The notes: generated by a model not told the origin, from the sequence alone. DNA of 64,000 nucleotides from Botryllus schlosseri (GCA_051294905.1 CM119371.1:21082001-21146000); one strand, 5' to 3'. Counted from the stretch's first letter, positions 1 to 11,200 are shown. Numbers and translations: made by a program.

Positions 1-1082
1 AATTTTGGTACCGTACAATTTTCCACTCTGGAAGCCTTGATACCTGAATTGGTCTATTTCAACATACGAAACATAGTACAAAATCTAGGTCGTATTGTAC
101 ATAACACATTTCCGAAGTCGGTAATCGGTATGGTCGAAAAAATACCAAAGTATCTTAAATGTGATAGATAACGGGCATTATATCCTTTGTTGCGGCATGA
201 ACGGTACATATTTGAAATTGCACATCTTACATGCTGTTATGGTGTAATGATCAGGGATTCTCGATTATTCGACTCGAAGCATAATACATGATTCAGATTC
301 GAATCACCCATGTACTCGAATTTGGCCAGCCCTAGTGGCCACGGCCGAAACGCGCCATGCCGCTTCTTTCTCCAAAAGTGTCTGATCTGAATTGGCCATT
401 CGCCCAAATTCATTCAACTTCTGCTATACCGCATGTCGCCTTTTGTCTGGCATATTTTGTCAGAATCATGTCTGGTGTGTTTTCTAGAAATACCCGTAAT
501 ATCCATCTATCGTGAAGCTGCTGGGCTTTTCCCGTGTGAATTTTCAGATATTTCCAGCGTTTTACTTGATCAGTCTGATGCTGACCGCTTACCGCGCCCT
601 GTGTGTACCGGAATTTTGGCTTGCAAATGTGGTGCTTCAAATAAACCCTGCTTGACTTGATTGACTCATCTGTGGAAGTTAGACTTTCTGCTAAACTTAC
701 CAGAGTTGATTTTTCTCTATTCACGAGAAAAATTTTAAGGTGGTCATTGTAGGCTTACAATGCAATTTTATGCAAAAGTAGCGATTTCCACTGCATTAAC
801 GAGCTGCGTCAAGTAGAAGTAGAGAAGAGAAGTTTTGAAAGCTACTCAAGTAGTTCGATGGATTCAATGATAATAATAGGTTTTTTGTCAAGACGTCACA
901 GACTCAAGGGCGAGCTACTTCCTATTTCGCAGGATTCTTATTCGCAACTGGCCCACAATGACTACCTTCACTGTCAATTAATATGATTTGCAAAAATATA
1001 TTCCAGTGAACAATATGTTCATATTGCTAAATTTTTTCCACTCTAAACTTTTTGACTGACAACGATCGTCAGTGAATGCGAT

Positions 1083-1218
1083 TGTTGTGTCTTTATTCAC
1101 ATAACAAAATAAGCCACCAAACGGAAAACTATGAGCACTTATAAGCAACGTAAAGGCACCAATTAGTAGACATGGAAAATGATTATTAGACGTGATTGCA
1201 CCGACGTAATACACCACA
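1083..1218 (-). repeat. 3' LTR of the Gypsy element (136 bp)
   Basis: Identical by eye to 5354-5489; TGTTGTGT...ACACCACA ends; adjacent to the PPT. Confidence 0.96.
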
Positions 1219-1228
1219 TCTCCTCCCC
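1219..1228 (-). other. Polypurine tract
   Basis: GGGGAGGAGA on the minus strand immediately 5' of the 3' LTR. Confidence 0.9.
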
Positions 1229-1236
1229 AACTGATA

Positions 1237-4200
1237 CTATATTTCCTCGATCAAGCGTCTAGGTCGTCGTCGTATTCTTTGTGACGGAGGACGCAAAGGT
1301 GGCACTGTATTTTCAGTGTTTTGTCGCACAGGCGGCGCAGTATGTTCAGTGTTTTGGCGCTCAGGTGTCAATAGTTCATTGTCAACGTCCGCTACATTAG
1401 CGTTGCTTGGACTGAATACAGGTATAGGTATATTTTCTGTTTCCACTGGTGTTGGACTGGATGGAAGACGAGGACTTGCGAGACGACGATCTGGTGTTGG
1501 TGTCATGCTCGGTAATACGACTGGATCGACGATCTCTTCATCTTCCTGGTCGCAAAACCGTGACGCTGACAGATCTCGGATTTGGTCAATATGTCGCTTC
1601 CAGAGTAGGTCACCAACTTGTACGCGATACGTTGCAGGACCCAGCTTCTTGATAACAACTCCTCTTGCCCAGACTGAGGGGCGCTGTCGATAATCCTTGA
1701 CCATAACCGGATCGCCCACTTGCTGCTGACGAGACTTAAGAAGTTCGGTCGGTTTGCAAGCTGGATGATCCTTCTGCAACGTGGACTCCAATTGTGGGTG
1801 CACTAAATGCAACCGTGTCCGCAGCTCCCGTCCGAACATCGCTCTAGCAGGAGATATCTTTGTTGTTGAATGCGGAGTCGTTCGGTAGTGCAGCAACATC
1901 GACTGTAGCCTCCTCTTGATATCCGTTCCTCTGTTCGCTTCCTTCTTTAAAAATTCCTTTAAAACACGAACAAATCGTTCCGCAGAACCGTTGGTTTTGG
2001 GACTAAAGGGAGCAGTTCTAATGTGCTTAACACCATTCTGAGTCAAAAACAACTCGAACTGTTTAGACGTGAAAGGTGGTCCGTTATCACTTACTAGCTC
2101 ATCCGGCAGGCCATGCGTTGAGAAAATCTTACCAAGTACGGAAATCGTATTTTCAGCAGTAATTGAACTCATCTGATGCACTTCCGGCCATTTCGTCCGA
2201 GCATCCACTAGTACCAGGAAGTACTTCCCCATACGAGGTCCGGCAAAATCCACGTGTACTCGCTGCCATGCACGAGTTGGCCAGACCCAAGGATTCAAAA
2301 TTTCTGGCCTTCTGCTTTCACATTGTCTGCAGATAGCACAATCTCTAACCTTCTGTTCGATGTTACCGTCGAGATTGGGCCACCACACATGCATTCTGGC
2401 TGTTATCTTCATCCTTACGATCCCAGGATGGTGTTCATGCAATAAATCAAGGATCTGTCGTTGATATCGCGCTGGGATAACTACTCTGATTCCCCAAAGT
2501 AAGCAGTCCTGCTCGACTGTCAGTTCGTTCCTGCGAAAATAGAACGGTTGATATTCTGGAGATAAGCCGCCAGCAGGCCATCCGTTAATCACATAGTAAT
2601 GAACACGAGATAAAAGCGAGTCCCGGCGCGTCGCAAGGCCAATCTTTTTCGCCGTTATTGGCAGATTGTCTACCTGTATTGCATTTATCTCGTTGGCTTC
2701 CTGTGTTGATGGATCCACATCGGCTGATGCAATCGAGGGACTTCTCGAAAGCCAGTCCGCAGTAACATTCTGCTTACCCGGTTTGTAACGAATTTCGTAA
2801 TTATAACACGCGAGTTTGATTGCCCAACGTTGCAACCTGGATACGGCTAGCACGGGTATACCAGTCTTTGGACCTAGAATCATCGTCAAGGGTTTGTGGT
2901 CCGTAAACAGGGTAAACTTCCTCGCGAACAAGTAGTGATGAAATCTCTGTAACCCGAATATTATAGCCAGAGCTTCTTTCTCGATGTGAGAATAGTTTTT
3001 CTCGGCTGGTGACAATGTACGTGAGGCGTACGCGATTGGGCGCTCACGTTCTCCATCGGGTTGCATGATTACTGCTCCTAAACCATCAGGGGACGCGTCT
3101 ACTGACAGGGTAATCGGCTTATTAGGGTCATAGTGAGCCAATACCAACTCGGAGGTGAGCCAATTTTTCAACGCTCCGAAGGCCTTTTCACAAGCATCAT
3201 CCCACTTCCACTTCACGTCCTTTCTTAGCAAGTTCGTTAACGGTTGCAACAGACTGGATAGGTTCGGTATGAATTTTCTATGGACATTTACCATCCCGAG
3301 AAAAGACCGCAGTACACTCACGTTGTCTGGGCGGCAAGCAGAAGTCACTGATTGCAAATTTGAGTTGCTCGGTCGTATGCCATTCTTGTCAATCACATAG
3401 CCTAAATATTCCAGGGACTCTTCCAGGAAACAACACTTGGACTTTTTAGCTTTCAAACCATATTTATCCAAACGATTACATACAGTTGATAGCAGCTCAA
3501 GATTTTCCTTCTCCGAAGATCCGGTGATTAAGATGTCGTCTAGCAAACACGGTACATTCAGTCCTTGTAGTACCTGATCCATCAGTTGCTGAAAAATCGC
3601 CGGCGCTGATGCCACTCCAAACGGAAGTCGGGTGTATCTGAACAATCCAAGATGGGTGTTAATCACCACGTACTTACGCGAGTCGTCATCAAGCTCCACT
3701 TGCGTGTACGCTTGTGATAAATCGATCTTGCTAAAATACGAACTTTTCCTTCCGTTAAGAAGCGCTAGCAAGTCGTCGGGGGTCGGTAATGGATATTCGG
3801 GTATATCCAACTGCGGATTAATCGTAACTTTGAAGTCGCCACAAATACGAACTTCCCCGGACGCCTTTAGCACAGGCACAATTGGACTCGCCCAGTCGGA
3901 GTGCTCAACCTTTTCCAACACTCCAATATCCAATAACCTACGGATTTCTGTTTCCACTTTATCAAGTAAAGCGTATGGCACTTTACGCGCTTTGTAAAAT
4001 TTCGGAACGGCGTTGGGCTTCATGTTGAGCCGTGCTTTAAAGCCGACAACTTTCCCTAGTTGCGTTTCAAAGATGCTGGTATCCCCCAATAGCCTGCTTA
4101 GACAATCTCTCGAATTCTCACTCTGACCGCTATCCGAGACCATTCCGATTAATTTTGGCAAATTAATTTGTATTTTACGCATCCAGTTCCTACCGAACAA

Positions 4201-5295
4201 CGGCGGAGCTTCCATATCCAAAACAATCAAAGGCAATTTACAATCATGTCCCTGATAGCTCACCATCACCAAGGTTTTACCCAATACCGGCAGAATTTCG
4301 CCACTGTAGGCCTTCAATTTAATGTTGCATGGCTCCAGCGTCGCAAGAGGAAATTTCTCCCACAGTAAATACTTCGAAATTACGGATACTGCAGCACCTG
4401 TATCGAATATCATAGAAATGATAATACCGTCAATGCCAATATCTACGCGAATCTCATCTTTCCCTTCTACGAAGTTGATATTCATCAAGATACTCACACT
4501 GTCGTCTGTCGAGGACTCGGAACCGCAGTCGTCTGCATTACCAGCAACATCAGTTGATTGCTTATCCGTCGATCCGCTCAAACAGTTAGTCTTGCATGCG
4601 GTCTTACTCTTGCGCCTTGTACTTTTTCCGGGGCACATCTTTCTTATGTGTCCGACCCGTCTGCACGCATGACACAGCGCTGTGCGGAAGATACAATGGT
4701 CTTCTCCATGGTTAGATTTCCCGCAGCGCTTGCATTCCTGGTATTCTCGAGTCACCCGTTGTTCCCTTCGTACCATCGCGGTGCTGTAACTACCAGTATC
4801 GAAAAGTTGTCTCCCCGCTGCTTCCATTGCGATAGCCTTTTTAACAGCGTCTTCTAAACTCAAATCATTCTCCAACAGTAAGCGCTCCTGGATAGGTCTC
4901 GATCGCAGACCGCAGATGAGCCGATCTCGAATGGCCTGAGTTAAGAATGCCCCGAATTCGCAATGTTCCGACAATTTCTTCAGTGCCGCGACGAAGGCAT
5001 TGACAGGTTCACCCTCGTCTTGGACCCGTAGATTAAATTTATACCGCTCTGCCACTAACAACGGCTTCGGCGTTAGATGATCCCCGAGCAATTTAACTAT
5101 TTGTCGGTAACTCTTATCTTTCGGTTTTTCTGGTGTCGAGAGATTTCGAACGAGACTATATGCTTTCGCCCCACATACCGTTAGCAAGACAGCTTTCATT
5201 TTTCCTTCGTCGGCAATACCATTCGCTTCAAAGTAAAGCTCCAAGCGTTCGACATACTCGTCCCACTCGTCTTCACCCAAGTTGAACTCGGGCAC
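1237..5295 (-). CDS. gag-pol: Gag-Pol polyprotein (Gag with two CCHC knuckles, aspartic protease, reverse transcriptase, RNase H, integrase)
   Basis: 1352-aa ORF with CKRCGKSNHGEDHC and CHACRRVGHIRKMC knuckles; FDTGA protease; WASPIVPV, RICGDFK, RLPFGVASAPAIFQ and LLDD (RT); VDAS and YSHIEKEALAI (RNase H); HEHHPG...CAIC, VDFAG, SDNG, AERFV (integrase). The annotated start is GTG, so the true start is uncertain. Confidence 0.96.
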   Translation of the reverse strand: MPEFNLGEDEWDEYVERLELYFEANGIADEGKMKAVLLTVCGAKAYSLVRNLSTPEKPKDKSYRQIVKLLGDHLTPKPLLVAERYKFNLRVQDEGEPVNAFVAALKKLSEHCEFGAFLTQAIRDRLICGLRSRPIQERLLLENDLSLEDAVKKAIAMEAAGRQLFDTGSYSTAMVRREQRVTREYQECKRCGKSNHGEDHCIFRTALCHACRRVGHIRKMCPGKSTRRKSKTACKTNCLSGSTDKQSTDVAGNADDCGSESSTDDSVSILMNINFVEGKDEIRVDIGIDGIIISMIFDTGAAVSVISKYLLWEKFPLATLEPCNIKLKAYSGEILPVLGKTLVMVSYQGHDCKLPLIVLDMEAPPLFGRNWMRKIQINLPKLIGMVSDSGQSENSRDCLSRLLGDTSIFETQLGKVVGFKARLNMKPNAVPKFYKARKVPYALLDKVETEIRRLLDIGVLEKVEHSDWASPIVPVLKASGEVRICGDFKVTINPQLDIPEYPLPTPDDLLALLNGRKSSYFSKIDLSQAYTQVELDDDSRKYVVINTHLGLFRYTRLPFGVASAPAIFQQLMDQVLQGLNVPCLLDDILITGSSEKENLELLSTVCNRLDKYGLKAKKSKCCFLEESLEYLGYVIDKNGIRPSNSNLQSVTSACRPDNVSVLRSFLGMVNVHRKFIPNLSSLLQPLTNLLRKDVKWKWDDACEKAFGALKNWLTSELVLAHYDPNKPITLSVDASPDGLGAVIMQPDGERERPIAYASRTLSPAEKNYSHIEKEALAIIFGLQRFHHYLFARKFTLFTDHKPLTMILGPKTGIPVLAVSRLQRWAIKLACYNYEIRYKPGKQNVTADWLSRSPSIASADVDPSTQEANEINAIQVDNLPITAKKIGLATRRDSLLSRVHYYVINGWPAGGLSPEYQPFYFRRNELTVEQDCLLWGIRVVIPARYQRQILDLLHEHHPGIVRMKITARMHVWWPNLDGNIEQKVRDCAICRQCESRRPEILNPWVWPTRAWQRVHVDFAGPRMGKYFLVLVDARTKWPEVHQMSSITAENTISVLGKIFSTHGLPDELVSDNGPPFTSKQFELFLTQNGVKHIRTAPFSPKTNGSAERFVRVLKEFLKKEANRGTDIKRRLQSMLLHYRTTPHSTTKISPARAMFGRELRTRLHLVHPQLESTLQKDHPACKPTELLKSRQQQVGDPVMVKDYRQRPSVWARGVVIKKLGPATYRVQVGDLLWKRHIDQIRDLSASRFCDQEDEEIVDPVVLPSMTPTPDRRLASPRLPSSPTPVETENIPIPVFSPSNANVADVDNELLTPERQNTEHTAPPVRQNTENTVPPLRPPSQRIRRRPRRLIEEI

Positions 5296-5334
5296 TTTCC
5301 CGTATCCTCGGCTTCCGGCCGCAGGAGTGTCGTG

Positions 5335-5352
5335 ATCCCATCCTCGTCGCCA
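5335..5352 (-). other. Primer-binding site complementary to tRNA-Ser(GCU)
   Basis: Minus strand TGGCGACGAGGATGGGAT, 1 nt after the 5' LTR; the plus strand ATCCCATCCTCGTCGCCA matches the metazoan tRNA-Ser(GCU) 3' end plus CCA as I recall it. Confidence 0.85.
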
Positions 5353-5353
5353 A

Positions 5354-5489
5354 TGTTGTGTCTTTATTCACATAACAAAATAAGCCACCAAACGGAAAAC
5401 TATGAGCACTTATAAGCAACGTAAAGGCACCAATTAGTAGACATGGAAAATGATTATTAGACGTGATTGCACCGACGTAATACACCACA
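5354..5489 (-). repeat. 5' LTR of the Gypsy element (136 bp)
   Basis: Identical to 1083-1218 and followed on the minus strand by the PBS. Confidence 0.96.
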
Positions 5490-6801
5490 GCGATCAATGA
5501 AATTCGAAATATATATTGCCTTGTCATTATTACTCCACAATGACTTATGTCTTTCTGCATTTCAAATGTGTTTGATCGCATTTACTGACGTTTGCGCCTG
5601 ATGACAGTCAGTTGAAAAGCTTTGAGTAGAATAGATATGGCAGGATGGACATATTGTTTGCTGTAATATTGAAGTTCTGTACTTTCATAATCCTACATAA
5701 AAATATGTTCATTAATTTATTGTGATGCAGTGACGATTTTGTCTGGTAGTGTGACAATTTCGCTGGTAAAAAGTGATAAAAATGTCACCAAAAAGATATC
5801 ACTTTGCATTAAAAGTATGTGAGAAGTGGAACTAATCTGAAACAATAACCTTTCGAGTACGCACGGAAACGAAGCAGCACCTACCTGAGTATTTGGAAAA
5901 AGTAAAAATTATTACCTACTGATCATCTGTGGATGATAACACTGCTCTACACGATTTTTGCGCCAGGATTTCATTGTGTCAATTGTACCTAATTTTGGAG
6001 CGCTGAATCCGAATCTGGCGTTATTTTTGTTCTAACACGTCGGGTTTTGAGATGCTATGAATATCTCAAATATTACTGCTTTATCGGAGTACTCAATTAG
6101 ATTTCACCTACTTCCAGTACTTACTAAAGTGGTCATTAGGGCTCTTCAAAAATGACTTTTTTTCTTAAATCGTACCGGCTACTTGATAAAATTGTTAGGT
6201 TACCTAATTTAGGCCTACGCACAAAATTTGGTTCAATTCCAACCAGTAACCGCTTTGCTACAGGAGAAGAAAGTTTCTATTTAGTATATAAAAATAAACA
6301 ATAAAAAATTTGAAAATTTTCTGTTCACCCCATAAAAGTGTTAGGCTGTCTATAGAAACGACGCTCACCAAATTTGGTTCAATTCCAACCAGTGGAAGCG
6401 GAGTTATAACCATCGAAAAATTTGGATTCGAATAAAATAGTATTTACGGTGACCGATTCTTTGTTTATTTATTATAGTTGTGCTCACCGTAAATACTAAC
6501 CACTGGTCATGTGTTCCAACTACTTCAATTACTACTCCCACTGCATTTTGGATAAACCATTTACTTTTGCAATTTGGATTTTGAAAAGTAGAAAGTAGTT
6601 TACAAAGAAGATTACACTACTCCCTTACAAAGAAGATTACACTACTCCCATAACAAAAAAAAATCCGTTAAAAACTACTGAATTGGTCAGTCACACACAA
6701 TGTTCAAGTATGTCGATTAGGCAAGTGTGTCACGGTGTCATTATTCAAAATCACAGTGTATCTGGCTCCTAGTTGGGTTTTAATATTCAATTCGATTTCA
6801 G

Positions 6802-7053
6802 GATGCTCCGAAAAGTCCATATCCGACCATCCTCATTGATGATGAAGCAACATTCCTGCTATTTGATGGGGCTCGAGTGTCATGCGAAAATATGGAGGAA
6901 GCTTTAGCAGTGCTGATATCAGTGTATTGGATATTTGACATATGTTTTTCATACTTGAATGCAGCATATATGTGCTTCGTGTGTAGCTATGTGATCAAAC
7001 TGCCATCTATCAAGATGCCTATTCGGGCCATAAAATTACTAAATATTGCATGA
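6802..7053 (+). CDS. Putative terminal coding exon of a CACTA/EnSpm accessory gene (SAMD3 C-terminal-like)
   Basis: TTTCAG acceptor then 83 open codons: DAPKSPYPTILIDDEATFLLFDGARVSCENMEEALAVLISVYWIFDICFSYLNAAYMCFVCSYVIKLPSIKMPIRAIKLLNIA*. The ALAVL..VYWIFDI.F pattern recalls SAMD3-like TE proteins; it lies about 1.2 kb inside a CACTA end. Upstream exons not identified. Confidence 0.55.
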   Translation, partial: DAPKSPYPTILIDDEATFLLFDGARVSCENMEEALAVLISVYWIFDICFSYLNAAYMCFVCSYVIKLPSIKMPIRAIKLLNIA

Positions 7054-8039
7054 GCAATGAGCATGTAGAGGTGTTGAGAAATCTTTTCTTGTCAAATGTC
7101 AGTGATTCAGTTGTTAAATTATCTGGTTGCTTGGCAAAGAAATATATTGCAGGCCAAATTCAGCTCAATTCCTACAAGTAGAAGCCGAGTCAAACTAGAT
7201 ATCAATTTTGGAAATAACAGTTCTGTTTACGATGACAAATTTCGTCAATTTTACATCACAAAAAATTGTGTTTCAGCTATGCCCATTGGACAATGATGAT
7301 TTCTCCATGCGCTTACATATTTACAAGGATCTCTGCCATAGAGTTAGGATAGAGACATCGCCATTTGATATATAAAAACGATGCGACACTGTTAATATAG
7401 CAATGAGTCAACTTCATTGAAATGGCCAAATCGATGGTGATAAAATCGGAAAACATGATACTTTCCACACTGAAATGAATGACCACGAAAAGTAAATAAA
7501 CTGACCAAGAAGGTATAATACTTGTTAATATAGTTCTCAGGTGACAGTCAATATCTGGGACTATCTTTTATCGCGCCACTGTTGATTTCACAAAATCTAA
7601 ACGGAACTTCTGGCTATATGTTTTGAAGAATATGCCTAGGGGCCCTTATCAAGATCAAAACGCGTAGAAAAATCATCATTGTTCAACAAGCATACCTGCA
7701 ATATCGTATTTTTTGTGTGTTATTGTTCTTTTTCATGTTGAAGTGACGAAATTTCCAATCCGCTCCAAGTAGGCTGCTACTGGTTGGAATAGACCTAGCT
7801 CTAACGTTAAACGCTTTTAGACAACCTGACAATAACAACTGAATAGCTGAAATTAGGAAAACAAATTTTAACACGGCAGGAAAAATCATCAAATCAGTGA
7901 TTTTATTCTCTTTCTTCTCAGTTCTTTGGTTATTTCAAGCAATATCTTGTTATTATTTTTTATTATAGTGCAAAGAATAAAAATATATGACATCATGGCT
8001 GTATCTGCTGTTGATTTGCTAAGGTAGCCATTCGTAGGG

Positions 8040-8232
8040 GAGCACAGGAATTACACTGGGTGGTAATAAGGATAATCCACCCCAAACAATTTGGATAGGT
8101 TGGGTGTGATATTAGATCGACACCCAAAGTGTTGGGGTGAGTTTTGACGATATACAACCCCAGGGTTACGTAAGTTCTGTTTTCGTGTACCACCTTTTGG
8201 GGTGTGTATAACCACTTTTTTCGCTAAGAGTG
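8040..8232. mobile_element. Right terminus of a CACTA/EnSpm-type DNA transposon (left end not found in the window)
   Basis: Ends ...TTTTTTCGCTAAGAGTG|TA (5'-CACTCTTAGCGAAAAA on minus), with CACCC/GGGTG subterminal repeats in both orientations. It cuts the palindrome arm exactly at a TA (intact mirror site at 15045-15046). Confidence 0.75.
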
Positions 8233-11200
8233 TACTTTATCGTCGTAATCTGCGGTGGGAATTGAAACACGTTCACACATTATCCGCCGTGCAAGATATC
8301 ACACTAGACGAATTGTCATACCGCCGCCTGATTAATGCTTAATCCGTTCGAACCATTTCACGCACTTTGATCATTACAAAAGTAAATTGTGACATGTTTG
8401 TTAGATGCATCCAATTCAACTAGAAGTGTCTAGTGCCCAACACTCGTAATATCGAAAAAGTACTTGCTGCACTGTTATTTGCTAAACGTGTTTTGCATTG
8501 TTGTTCATTTCTAGTATTGATTGAAATCGTTCTTGAACCCTCAAATAATAATTCCCGACATGAAACCAAGCCGCTGAAAGTCGTTACCATCACGAAGAAA
8601 CAATGTGTACGATGTTTGTCAAATGTGTCCTACCTGGTCAACAGAAAACAATTTTCACTCACTCGAAATGAAACCAATGTGATGGTCTCCACTCGATATT
8701 TTGTTTGTGTCAAATACTTTGCAATGAACACATTTGCGTGGTTGAGCTTTACATCATCAAGCTGTTATTTGTAAATCAAGATTTCGGTAAACTTGTAAAT
8801 GTGTCGTTTAACTAACCGACATTTAGTGATTGGGGAACATACCACTTCGAAATACTGCGTTGATCGTAATTTCCATCATCGTGGTAATCGAAGTACATTT
8901 CTTTTGAATTCATAACAATCGGCTACGACATGATAAATTTTTGACAAGTTATGCTTAGAAGATTGGTTGCATATCGCGAAAAATAATATACCACTCATAT
9001 TGATACTGTTACTCAATTGATCGATATTTTCAAACGAGTAAAATTTATTACTTGAGTTTCTCCGCTTAATGTAAATGCAAACTCAGCCGTCTTTTAACAT
9101 CACAAAGGCATTGATAAAAAGTAGACAATCAAACGCTACAAGTTTAACTTTTGTAGGTTGTGTATGATTACCCCACACAACTCATTTCTTACCAAAAGTA
9201 GATGGAATATATTCATGGTACACGAAAATACTCGACATTCCCATGCTACGAACCTGTACAATGATTGGTGACGCTTTCAAAACTGTTTCCATACCTCAAG
9301 ACCTTTATTGTGTGAATGGATGTTCATGTATCTTAATAATCAAATAGTTCAACACAGAACTAGTACGAACAGAAACACCAGCGTTGTTTACACAAAAGTT
9401 TGTATGTGTACAGTATGCGAATACCATGTGTAAGTCCAGCACAATTGCGGTATCCACCCGAGTTTAGTTAACACAATTTACGACACCGAAGTCGCGTCAT
9501 CTTTCGTAAAACAACAAACCAACCAAGCCTTCAGGATATGTCAACACCATAGCAGTAAATCAGCTACTCCAACAACAAAGTACATATGTTTTTTAGTTAC
9601 GGTGCTTACATCTTACACACAAATCAATCTACTTTGCTAACGAAAAGTGCTGAGTCATCACATGATTACCCTCACAACAAAACAGCTAGAAGATGTTATC
9701 ATACAAAAATATTCCTAACCCTTTGCGCACCAGTGACAAATCATACAACAAACATTTTTTGTGAGTCTAATTGTTGTTCAGTGTCAAGTCTACCTGTTGA
9801 AACGTACATTAAAACAACACAGTCACAATTCAATTAAAACCACGGATCTATTTTCATTTCGTCACATACAGAAAAATAAATCTTCTTTCCCCAACACATA
9901 CTTGTAACCAATCGCTTTCATTAAACACACAACTCCATAAAAGTATTTACTTTCTACAACATAGACATTCCGATGTAGTCAAGAAATATTAAAACGGACA
10001 CGACACGACTGAATGTAAGGGGATAGAAGTCTATCGCATCGATTTACATGTGGTCTTCGCTACGGTTTCAAAAAACGAATCATCTATTTTGCATTGGTCG
10101 AGACCGAGCGAGCCAGTTACATGTATTCGCGGTAATGATTTTGCTTGTCATATGCGAATGATAGGTTTGCTACTCCGACAAATCAAATCAACAAACAACA
10201 ACAATCTTCTGACGATCATAATAGCAATTTCATTTGCCACCCCTTCGTAATTGTACACACACGAAAAGTATATTGTACAACTCGGCAACTACGTTTAACA
10301 AGACCAATCACACTACCAGCGTTGAACACAAGACACCTACCCAAGTCAAAAATATCATACTGGTTTGGGCAACTGACGTTTACCTGTGTAAAATTATCAT
10401 TTTCACTTGGCGATCTATCCTTTCCTAGAGTAACAAACCCTTATCGTTTACAAATCTATTTTTTTCCCACAGCAAAAAACTATTTTCACTTGGAAAAATA
10501 CTTTTACCTAGAGTAACTAATCATTTTCTTTTGAAAATATATTTTCTCTCTGGGTAACAAACCCTTTTCGTTTGGAAAACTATCATTTACCTGAGTACCA
10601 ATACCGTTTTCACTTGGCAGTCCGTCGTTTACCTGGCTAAACATGTCATTTTCACTTGGAAATCTATTTTTTCCCAGAGTAAGAAACCTTTTTCACTTGG
10701 AAATCTATTTTTTCCCTGGGTAACAAACCTTTTTCACTTGGAAATATATTTTTTCCCCGGGTAACAAACCTTTTTTCGCTCGGAAATATATTTTTCCCGG
10801 GGTTACAAACCTTTTTCACTTGGTGGTCCGTCGTTTACCTGAGTAAAAATATCATTTTCCTTTGGGGGATCTGGCGTTTACCCAGTGTAACAATACATTT
10901 TCTCTAGGTCATCTAGCTTTTCCTAGAGTAACAAAACCATTTTCATTTTGAAATCTGACAAACACACCTGACAATTTGATATTTTTGTATATTGTTACAA
11001 CGGATAGCGACAAAATATACACCAAAAACAACTCCAATACATTTGTGTAATCGCATATTCACTTGTGCTGATGCAACCCATCAAAATCATCGGTTACCCA
11101 CATGCAATGTGCTGTTGTACATCGACGTTTATGTTTTCGGAAAATTGGACCATAGGCTTCGATAGTTCTGTGATGTCCGGGCTCGTGCTTTGGATTTTCC

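Larger units (their letters stand above)
1083..5489 (-). mobile_element. Full-length Ty3/Gypsy LTR retrotransposon (Mag-like clade), recent insertion
   Basis: Two identical 136-bp TG...CA LTRs, 5-bp target-site duplication (TSD) GCGAT at 1078-1082 and 5490-5494, PBS, PPT and one uninterrupted gag-pol frame with PR-RT-RH-IN order. Confidence 0.97.

Noticed and set aside
978..1217. Duplicated small protein (also 5273..5581)
   Set aside because: The shared peptide is a translation of the two identical LTRs.
1316..4857. Plus-strand ORFs overlapping the Gypsy
   Set aside because: Antisense shadows of gag-pol with no motifs; the same applies to 38200..38874, 38911..39858 and 40188..40589 in the BEL element.
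5940..7660. Discrete MITEs around 5940-6420 and 7140-7650, a hairpin at ~6438-6498 and a 24-bp direct repeat at ~6601-6649
   Set aside because: They look like DNA-transposon fragments, but I could not pair termini or find TSDs.
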